Shown here piece after piece: positions 39,278 through 48,152 of a DNA stretch of 64,000 bases. The stretch comes from Schizochytrium sp. TIO01 (taxonomy: Eukaryota; Protista; Bigyra: Labyrinthulomycetes), in the NCBI GenBank assembly GCA_004764695.1, contig SMSO01000032.1:7286483-7350482 (forward strand). The letters run 5' to 3'. How positions within the stretch are numbered: position 1 is the stretch's first letter; each line of letters begins with the position of its first letter. A program made the translations under genes and the position numbers. The notes beneath the pieces were generated by a model that searched no databases, had not been told where the DNA came from, and was given only the letters and a program-made list of their open reading frames with translations.

Positions 39278-40336
39278 ATGCCTTTCTCCGACATCAACTC
39301 CTGCCTTGATGACTTCGACCCGACATCTTGGGGCATGTTCTACCACAGCAACATCAACTCATCGCACAATCTGATGACAGCAGACCTTAACCTTCATGCC
39401 GGTGAAGACGAGTTCTTTCTCTCCCCGCCTACGATGGACTCCACTGCCAAGACCATGATGCCTCTTGGTGCCAACAACAACATCCTCAACAAGACCCATC
39501 AGGTTCGCGTTCGTGACATTAAGCAGGAGATCAGCGCTCTTGCTACTCGTGCTGGAAACCCGGATGCTCCCAAGACTAGCATGGAGATCTTCATGACCCA
39601 TGTTCGCACCATGGCTGATGGCACCACTGACGCAAGCGGAATCATGTCCAGGGAATGCTTTGATGAGTGGGAGGCAAGCCGCAAGTCAAAGCTCAAGAAC
39701 CCGCACCTCACTTTCGTCCACACTGTCCGCTCACATGTTACTGGCGACCCCAAAACTGGACGCAACCCGTTCCCTGAAAATGTTGAGACTTCTCTCCTCA
39801 AGCTCTTCCGCCGCAGGCAGATCTGGCCCTGCTTCCGTGGCACTCGCGTTAAATACGGCATTCGTGGCATGTTTGTCACTGGTTTCCACGAGGCTCGCCG
39901 TTTGAAGAATGAGAACTGCAGTGGTAATGTTAAGATTGAGGCTTCCCCTGTCAAGGCTGCCCCTTCTCCCCAGAAGCGCAAGGTGCTTCCCGTGTCCCGC
40001 ATGGCGCCGGCCACTCGCCCTCGCACTCTCATTGGTCAGGACTCTATGGACTCCTGCTTTTCCGATGTTACCACCGCAATGTACGACTCAGCATGGGAGC
40101 CCTTCGCCATGCAGAACAGCCTCGATGCTGCAATTGGCCTCACTGATGAGCGCGATTTCTGCTCTCTTGACGACGACGTCGCAACATGCACAATGCTTTC
40201 CCCAGATGACTACTTCGAGGAGGTCCTCGAGCTCTTGGTCCAGGACTACCACGGCAAACCATACGGCAACCAGACAAAGCGCGCAGCTGACTGGGACTTT
40301 GACCTCGCTGAGCTCAAAAAGTGCAAAGTCTTGTAG
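39278..40336 (+). CDS. Hypothetical nuclear protein, putative lineage-specific transcription factor (352 aa)
   Basis: First in-frame ATG in a good context (cagcaccATG) and strong C/T-ending codon bias. Central ordered basic domain SMEIF...FDEWEASRK...FVHTVRSHVTG...GRNPF...RRRQIWPCF...GFHE, NLS-like PQKRKV, C-terminal KR-x11-KKCK and acidic-aromatic termini. The CDS is well supported; the TF function is inferred. Confidence 0.85.
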   Translation: MPFSDINSCLDDFDPTSWGMFYHSNINSSHNLMTADLNLHAGEDEFFLSPPTMDSTAKTMMPLGANNNILNKTHQVRVRDIKQEISALATRAGNPDAPKTSMEIFMTHVRTMADGTTDASGIMSRECFDEWEASRKSKLKNPHLTFVHTVRSHVTGDPKTGRNPFPENVETSLLKLFRRRQIWPCFRGTRVKYGIRGMFVTGFHEARRLKNENCSGNVKIEASPVKAAPSPQKRKVLPVSRMAPATRPRTLIGQDSMDSCFSDVTTAMYDSAWEPFAMQNSLDAAIGLTDERDFCSLDDDVATCTMLSPDDYFEEVLELLVQDYHGKPYGNQTKRAADWDFDLAELKKCKVL

Positions 40337-40949
40337 ATTAATGTCTTTTCTATTCACGGCAACCTAGCCAGCCAGCATGATGATGATGATAACCCCTTAC
40401 AATGTGGACTACCCACTCCCCTTTTTGACTGTTGATGATGATGATCACCACGGTGTGGAGGCATAAATACCATACAAACCAAACTCACGCTTACGTGTTT
40501 GCCTACCACTCGTAGACACTCTCGACAAACCGCACTACTTTTGTCACTACAGCAAACGTCGAGACCAACCGCAATTTTAATAAACCTTACTATGCGAGAA
40601 TACACCCTCAGATAACAATAAAAATCATATTTCTATCCCACAACAATGCATTCCCTCGTTTTTCTTGATCTCATATCTCCTTCTGAAAAATCGTGCTAGT
40701 AATACTTCTTCTCTGAAACACGTATAACAAAAGTCCACATACGTGTGAGCAGTAGTACATCGCGCCAACTCTGTGCGCTATGTTCTATCAACAATGGAAA
40801 GAATATGCAGGGTAGCCAAATCTCTCACACGAATAAATTAATACATATACAAAATTGTTCTACACATGCATCTTTGCATGGTTTTCTTACTGCGAAACCC
40901 CAACGAAACGATCAAAAAGATGCTCCATCCTTGGTTCTGCTCTCTTACA

Positions 40950-42506
40950 CTACCTACCAACTGACATACAGGATTGATCAGAGCTTCGGTCCCCAACGCA
41001 GTACTGCGCGAGACCGACCTCTGGCAGCTCCTCCAACGTCCATACCCAGTTTCCATCTCTCAGCACATAGATTGCAAGCCGGCTGTCTTCGGTATAAAAT
41101 ACAAGAGACTCTTCATCAAGCTGGCGTGCGCCCATGCGCCGAAGCCGAACAGATTCGCCAGTTTCGGGATCAATCGGCGTCTTATGTGACCACCATTGGA
41201 TGCGAGTTGTTCCAAGCTCTACTGCTAGTAGCTCGCCCCGTTGGCTCACTCCAAAGACAGCTCTCCCGTATCCAAGAACAGGTCCTAAACTTGGCGACAA
41301 AGCAAAGGAATCGTCTGGTCGCTCAAAAACAGTCCACTGTAGGGTTCGCCTACCTTCTGTCCCAACAGATATTTGAAGCAAATCACCATCATCTGTTGTC
41401 AGTAAGAGCTTACCTCCTGACATCACACCTGGTGCTGGCTGGATCCTCCGTCCTGAAGGCGACCCAACGTGCTCAATAGAGATTGTATGAGTACGGAAGT
41501 TAAGTGATCCACGAAGCAGCGAACCGTTCTCACTCACGAAAAGCAACACCCCAGGTTCCAAACCTTCGGCGTCCACTATAGTCAAAATTCGTTCTGCGCG
41601 AGCACGAGTAGACGAGTACTCACTGTCATATACAACCCATTCGTAAAACTCCTCTTCGGGAGCGCCCGTGTCCACTTCCTTGCCCACCTCCGGTGGAGAT
41701 CCACGCCGCTCTAATATGCGTCCTTCAAGATCCACAAAATAAGCTGACGTAAAACGACGTCGGTGCGACACCAAGATCGAGGAGGACAATTGCATACCTC
41801 TTATTGCGTACCACTCTAAATCATCCTTGCGAGTGCGTCGACGCTCCAAGAGATCTCCATTCGCAGTCACGACATAGACACGGCTTTGCCATTCAAATAG
41901 CTGAATAATCTCGGTTGCCAGACTCGTGAAGTGTCGCACATAAACCCAAGCTTTCCCGTTGAAAAACCTCTCGACTACCGTATTACGCACGGACGAGTCT
42001 GTCCCGTTCAAGACAACAAAGACTGAGCTCTTTCGCATTACATCGATCCACTGTTCCCAGGGTTTAGGACCATGTCCGTACCTGAGCAGTGAGGACATCG
42101 TGGAGGAAGACGTGTCCAAGGGACCTCGCCCACACCAGGAAAGCCATGCAGGAACTTGACGTCTCGCCAAAGAGATGTCAACGAAGCCCGGAACAGGAGA
42201 GTTCTCGATGCTTTGGCGCACAGGAACGGTCTGCACGCGAGCTCGAGACTCCTGCCAGCGAGATTTCCATGCCAATGGAACCTCGTCACCAATTTCCGTC
42301 CAGTGAATACCGTCATCCTCATGAGACGCTGCCCATATCCTCGAGTTGGCAGAACCTCCGTGCCGACGCCGCGCCGTCGGAGGCGTGTCCAAGAAGTCAC
42401 TAAGGCGAAGTCCGTGACCCACTGTCACGGCCCAAATGCCCAAGATCAGCGCTGTGACAACCACGCATCGACACAGGCGCCTCTGCAAAAAAGGGCGAGA
42501 CAGCAT
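40950..42506 (-). CDS. Signal-anchored/secreted beta-propeller repeat protein (lectin/tectonin-like), 518 aa
   Basis: N-terminal hydrophobic segment CVVVTALILGIWAVTV. About seven repeats of hydrophobic strand-x-x-[DNE]G-x-L-L...W, e.g. VYVVTANGDLLER, AYFVDLEGRILER, LLFVSENGSLL, LLLTTDDGDLL, VFGVSQRGELL. Confidence 0.8.
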   Translation of the reverse strand: MLSRPFLQRRLCRCVVVTALILGIWAVTVGHGLRLSDFLDTPPTARRRHGGSANSRIWAASHEDDGIHWTEIGDEVPLAWKSRWQESRARVQTVPVRQSIENSPVPGFVDISLARRQVPAWLSWCGRGPLDTSSSTMSSLLRYGHGPKPWEQWIDVMRKSSVFVVLNGTDSSVRNTVVERFFNGKAWVYVRHFTSLATEIIQLFEWQSRVYVVTANGDLLERRRTRKDDLEWYAIRGMQLSSSILVSHRRRFTSAYFVDLEGRILERRGSPPEVGKEVDTGAPEEEFYEWVVYDSEYSSTRARAERILTIVDAEGLEPGVLLFVSENGSLLRGSLNFRTHTISIEHVGSPSGRRIQPAPGVMSGGKLLLTTDDGDLLQISVGTEGRRTLQWTVFERPDDSFALSPSLGPVLGYGRAVFGVSQRGELLAVELGTTRIQWWSHKTPIDPETGESVRLRRMGARQLDEESLVFYTEDSRLAIYVLRDGNWVWTLEELPEVGLAQYCVGDRSSDQSCMSVGR

Positions 42507-45161
42507 TTCTCAGTCATACACCAGCCCGCAGAACAGAGTGCCCCGCGCCGCGCGAGCTCATGGCGATTGGGATCTATCTATCATCAATCTGTCTCCCTAT
42601 CTGCACAACGAGTGAGGCAACTGTCAGTTGAGCCATTTCTACTGATTTATCGTACTTGCGCCTAGAAATGTTGTGCAAGCGCCAACGGCAGATGTAATGT
42701 GGAAGATTCTGCACATCACTCGAGTGCTGCCTGGGGCAATTTGCAGAGTGGGGAAGACCAACGGTGCAGTAACATCGTAAGCTGGCCTTCTATCGACTGC
42801 TACTGCACATCATCTGCCAGCGAGAGATCGATCGATGCTCTCGCGATGTGGGGAAAATCGACGCCACAGCTGGCATGCTGCCAGCACATGCATGTGAAAT
42901 CAATGATCATGGGAATGACGCCTCGGAGGGATTACACAAGCACGAACGCGATCTCTGAAGATAACTCCAGAGGCTCGTGAATGCCCTGGGCTTTATGAAA
43001 TATAGCATGCTTGCGATGGCGAGGGAATTGCAGACGGCGCGGAGCGATCTCTTCATGGGCTGCAGACTTGGGCTTGCGTGTGCAAAAAAAGGAAAACACG
43101 TGCTGCATGGAAACTCCTACCGCGAAGCTGACGAGAGCAGCTTCCTCTACCTGAACAACCAGGGAGGTCCGGAAATAGTTTAAAGTAAATGTTGGTGAAA
43201 GCACGTGCCGTCTAAATTCATCTCTTGCGAACCTGAGATCACCATGTACTTAGGGATAATAATGGATGCTTTTCTAAGAGTCAGTCATTCGCACATGAAG
43301 TGCACAAACCTATAAATTCACTCTGCCAGAACCTTTGGTAATGAATAGAAGTTGAAGAACTACATCGTAATTTAATTACGTAACAAGCAAGTGCATAAGA
43401 GTCTAGTTTTCTAGCTAGGATTCTCGAACCAAAGATCTTGCAATACTATGCATCTGCGTGTGTAAATTTCATCTGACTTATTATGACCAGCAGAATCAAG
43501 ATCTTGATCTTGCATCCTGACTTTGGATGAGAGTTCTACTATGGATCAATCTAAGTTAGATCTATTAACAATAATCTTAACAATAGCCTAATTGCAATGT
43601 ATTGTGCTTGCATCGGGTGCCAACGCTCGAGTCTTTATAGGAATTTTCCCCGCAAGACAGGGACAGGGAGTTGGAAAAGGAATACGAAGGCCAAGTCTTT
43701 TAACAAGACTGCACTCAGCAATTTCTTCAAACAAAACATTAAGGTTCTTTCAAAAACTTGGGAGGGGACTGAAGCCTGGCACGATCAACAACAGGATTGT
43801 AAATTTAATTACAACTAAGACACATCTTTATGATCGTTTTTATGACGAGAATGGTATGTTATACTGCAGTGTTATTGCTAACGTTGCAAGAATGGCCGAA
43901 AAGATGGGCCTTATTATGTTCAGGTTGACAGCAAAAAAAATTCTGCAACGTACACGTTACGCAGCAATACAGAGTTGAATGTGGGCGACATTCTGATTGA
44001 TAATTAAAAATGAATTTTCTAACCAGGGCCCAAATATCACCCCATTAAATACCAGACTGTGAATAAGGATTCACATATAAGTTTATCTATTTTGCAAGTG
44101 GCCAAGATTGATACGCAATATATGGGAGGAATATATACTGATCATCATCATTGTACTAGAGGCAGATCTGCATTCACTCTATTAAAGCCAGATATCCGAA
44201 CATCATGCAAAAATTGCCCATCAACTATGGCGTCTATTCTCATACAACGGTGTATTATTGACATGTTTATCTAATTTATGGGATACGCAGTAATTTCAAA
44301 ATGCAGTTTCCCAATACATGTTTCATGACAATATATCATTCCCTTCACACTACTAAAACCCAATGTCTGTATCCAGATAAACGCTACGCACACAAACAAG
44401 CTATAAGTGAGTCACGTAATCTCTTAAGCCTATGTCGCGCACTCTTTTATCCAATTCAACTCAGGATAAATGATTATGCGCGATCTGAATTTCTTGATAA
44501 GTTTTCACGTTATTGCTGATGAAGGGTTGTACACTTGCTGAATAAATCGTTATTATGTAATTCAAGATATTTGGGATCTTGTGGCTATTCATATGTGAGA
44601 AGAACCAGAGGGAATATACAAACAACGCAAATGAATATACAATCAGCCAGAGGGGATTAGGAACATATATGGAAAGCTTGACCTTCATATCAACCTTTTG
44701 ATTGGGTGAAGGGTATATCGAAATTAGACCCCGCAATTTGTGAATAAAAGACAGTCATAAAAACAAACCACAGAAACAGTATTATTCTTTATCTGGTATT
44801 GGAAGACGTAAGCAAAACATTAGGATATGCCACATCCAGCATCTCGCTTTGTACAGAGCTGTACCAATAATCGAAGTTGCTTTTCTGCATTCCCCCACTC
44901 TTGGCTGCACCTTTTAAACCTCCTTTTCGTCTCTTCTTGAACTATAGTAAATAGATTTTCCTCGTTCTTCGTCGTAAGGAAGGTAAAACGAGTGAAATCT
45001 TCAAATTTAGTCTATATTTACAAATTTAAGGACGAGGAACTCCAGCACATAACTTCATTACAAAGTTGTTTGGAATATTTTGCTAAGAAGAGCAATATAG
45101 TTCAAAATAAGACATTACTATCGATGAATGTTGTAGAAAACCATGCAAACATTATAACTAA

Positions 45162-46295
45162 CTACCTGCGCTGCCCGTGGCGAGCATGGTGAAATGGAAG
45201 GGGTGGCTCGTGTGACCCATCTTCACCAAGCACACGAGGATGGGCGGCCAAAGCATGTTCAATCGAACCCCAGTGGTTAGGGTGAGCCTTATACCACTCC
45301 AGTGTGGTCTGTAGACCCGTTTTAAAGTCTACCTTGGGTTTCCAGCCCAACTCCAGTAATTTACTGTTATCTATATTGTAGCGTGTGTCGTTGAATTTCC
45401 GGTCCTCTGCAAAGTAGACCCACTTCTTGCGACCTTCCTCAGAGTTACGCCCGAAAGAGTTGAGTATAGCACTGGAAATATCCATAACACTTAGCTCCTG
45501 CGAACCTCCAATATTTAAAGTTTGACCAGGTTCTGCGAAGCGTACGATTGTGATAAAAGCATCTGCTACATCTGAAACAAAAAGCATATTTCGGAGTGTA
45601 GATCCATCACCATGCACAGTCAGTGGAATGTCTCGCATCATTTGATGAATGAACTTTGGCACAATCTTTTCTGGATATTGGTTCGGCCCATAGACATTAT
45701 TACCACGCGTAATAATCACAGGAAGCTTGAAGGAGCGATGGTATGCCTTTACCATGAATTCAGCAGCTGCTTTACTTGCAGCATATGGGTTTGTTGGTTC
45801 GAGCACAGATTCTTCTAAAAAACTTTCATTGCCAAGGCTTTCACCATACACCTCATCTGTGCTCACATGAATGAAGCGTCTGATTTGTCCATTCAAACGC
45901 TTGCATGCTTCAAGCAGAACATGAGTCCCCATCACGTTAGTTTGGGTAAACTTAAAACTATTCCCAAAAGAGTTATCAACATGAGTCTCGGCAGCAAAGT
46001 GCAGCACCGTATCAACCTCCTCCTTCTCCAAGACATAGACCACCAAATCGGACGAAGTAATACTACCATGCACAAACGTGCAGTTAGGGTGCTCCAACGC
46101 TTCATCGAGGTTTTTCACCGAGGCGCAGTAGCTCAAGTTGTCTAAGACCACAACTTTGGTATCTGGAAAGGTTGTCAGAACCTTTCGCAAAACATGACTA
46201 CCAATGAAACCTGCTCCGCCAGTCAGCAAAATGCTTTGGGGTACATACTCTTGCTTTTCATTGGCCCCATCGAGGCCATGGGCAGCTTCCGTCAT
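45162..46295 (-). CDS. TGDS: dTDP/UDP-glucose 4,6-dehydratase (RmlB/TGDS/RHM N-terminal type; extended SDR)
   Basis: TGGAGFIG NAD-binding motif, HFAAETHVDNSF, catalytic STDE and YAASK, plus NNVYGPNQYPEK. Confidence 0.95.
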   Translation of the reverse strand: MTEAAHGLDGANEKQEYVPQSILLTGGAGFIGSHVLRKVLTTFPDTKVVVLDNLSYCASVKNLDEALEHPNCTFVHGSITSSDLVVYVLEKEEVDTVLHFAAETHVDNSFGNSFKFTQTNVMGTHVLLEACKRLNGQIRRFIHVSTDEVYGESLGNESFLEESVLEPTNPYAASKAAAEFMVKAYHRSFKLPVIITRGNNVYGPNQYPEKIVPKFIHQMMRDIPLTVHGDGSTLRNMLFVSDVADAFITIVRFAEPGQTLNIGGSQELSVMDISSAILNSFGRNSEEGRKKWVYFAEDRKFNDTRYNIDNSKLLELGWKPKVDFKTGLQTTLEWYKAHPNHWGSIEHALAAHPRVLGEDGSHEPPLPFHHARHGQRR

Positions 46296-47018
46296 CGTAC
46301 TTTAACGCTCGCGAACAGCGAAGCTGCCTGTCTCCAATAAATTATTTATCGCAACAGAAATATTTGCGTCCCGACTGCCGCCTTTGGAGAGGCGCCGCCA
46401 AAATCGAAAGCTCCGCAGCCGACTTTGCTCTCTCGTGCGTCGTCGGTGAAGAGTCGGAGATTGTTCAAAAAGTGTAAATAAAAGCCCAAACAAACTTTGC
46501 AAAGGGCCTATGAGACGACTGATCCGTTTATAGACCACTTCATGACTCTTCGCACATAAACGTCGCTCATCGTCATTAATCAATCGGCCCTATGAAGTTG
46601 ACTTACGTATTATACATGCTTGTCGTAAAAGTATGCAAGGTGGCATAACCTTGTGTAAGAGTTTGCTTATCCCCCGCACGGGAAGTTGTTTTGCCTCGGT
46701 ATGTAAATTGGCAAAGGCAAACTTTTTTTTAATAATCCGATTGTCATTTATGCGGTAAAAAGGGCTACAGTTTTCCGAAACAAAGAAGAAAATTAGCAAT
46801 ACTAGAACGCCCATGATACTTTAAGGTGCGTACTGGCACGTGAATCTGACATATAGATGAGAACTCGCTCAATTGGGGTATTATATTGCGTCGATTCAGA
46901 ACCGGAGAACCAGATCCTCAGCTAAAACTGGCGAACCGGAGAAGGCAGTGTCATTACTGACGTCAAGGAGACGTATGGACTACCTAGCAACCACAGAGAG
47001 GTTGCAAAGGTAATTACA
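46296..47018. promoter_or_regulatory. Divergent (bidirectional) promoter region
   Basis: Head-to-head genes 722 bp apart. Contains CACGTG (46837-46842), TGACGTCA (46958-46965) and GAACCGGAGAA twice (46899 and 46933). Confidence 0.45.
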
Positions 47019-48152
47019 ATGCTGCAGAATAGTCAAGATCAGAGGCCAAAAGGAGTGTGGCAAGAGGCACTCACGAATGATCTTCGACTCAAAGAGCAGC
47101 AGAAATCATCTAGTGCTACTAACTCGGCGCTTGGACGAACTCATGTTAGTTTACAGAAAGGGGAGGAGGAGGAGGAGTCAAAGGATGCGGTTGGTGGCCA
47201 ACATAATTCTGATAGCAAAGACACCTCTAGTTCATACCACGCCACTATCGATGCGGATCAAATAGAACGCGAGATGATCCCTATATTAAAGGAAGGCTTT
47301 CTCTTGAAGCGCAAACAACGAGGACTTCGACTTGGCGTGTGGAATTGGCAAGTCCGGTACTGCACACTAGATAACCTGCAAAAATGTTTCACCTATGGTC
47401 CTAATGAAGCCTCAACCAATGCCAACTCCATAAAGTATTCAGAAATTAACCGTGCCTATTTGACCAACGAGGATGGGGAGAACCTCGGTATGCATAGTAT
47501 TGGTCGCGACTTTTCTCTTGAACTGACATCTGATGCTACGCCCAAAAATGCGAGTCGAACATTTGTCTTCCGGGCCCAGGACCCACTCGATGCTAAAGCA
47601 TGGGTTAATGCGATCCATTGTATCTCTATTCAAGGAAAGGAGTGGCAGAGTCGCAGCAGGAGAATATCTCATGTCTTAGAACACATGATGGCACACCCTC
47701 CCAAGTCATCAACAGAACGCCAAAATGCTGCATCCAGAGCTATCAAAGGTAATGACTTATCAGCACAGACAGAAAGTGATAAAGGTGCAGCAAACACTGC
47801 ACAAGGGAAAAAGCCAATGGCTCCTCTTGAGGTTGATGTCCACGATGAATCAAAGCATCGTCTCAAGATGGTGACACAACGTATTATTGCCAGGGCGAAC
47901 GAAAGGCGGCGCGAACAGCAACGCAAAAAAGCAGAAGTCCGGCAACAGGTTGCACTTGCTCCTTCTCTTGGAGACACTATTGGAGGCCCTCCAAGTACCA
48001 CCTACTCGCAAAACCAAACCAGCTCACTGAAATCCTCAAAGTTGTGGTTTGTTCCTTCATGTGTCTCTTGTATGGGGCTTTGCATGGAAGCTCCGGAAGA
48101 CGTTAACTTCGAAAATTCTGATTTGGATCGAAGCGAAGGCGATGTAGTGTAA
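47019..48152 (+). CDS. Pleckstrin homology (PH) domain protein, 377 aa
   Basis: ILKEGFLLKRK...WQVRYCTLD (beta1-beta2), FSLEL...RTFVFRA and the terminal helix DAKAWVNAI; disordered flanks. Confidence 0.88.
   Translation: MLQNSQDQRPKGVWQEALTNDLRLKEQQKSSSATNSALGRTHVSLQKGEEEEESKDAVGGQHNSDSKDTSSSYHATIDADQIEREMIPILKEGFLLKRKQRGLRLGVWNWQVRYCTLDNLQKCFTYGPNEASTNANSIKYSEINRAYLTNEDGENLGMHSIGRDFSLELTSDATPKNASRTFVFRAQDPLDAKAWVNAIHCISIQGKEWQSRSRRISHVLEHMMAHPPKSSTERQNAASRAIKGNDLSAQTESDKGAANTAQGKKPMAPLEVDVHDESKHRLKMVTQRIIARANERRREQQRKKAEVRQQVALAPSLGDTIGGPPSTTYSQNQTSSLKSSKLWFVPSCVSCMGLCMEAPEDVNFENSDLDRSEGDVV

Noticed and set aside
40745-41479. 244-aa + strand ORF overlapping the beta-propeller gene
   Set aside because: Antisense shadow of a real CDS; GTG start and no domain
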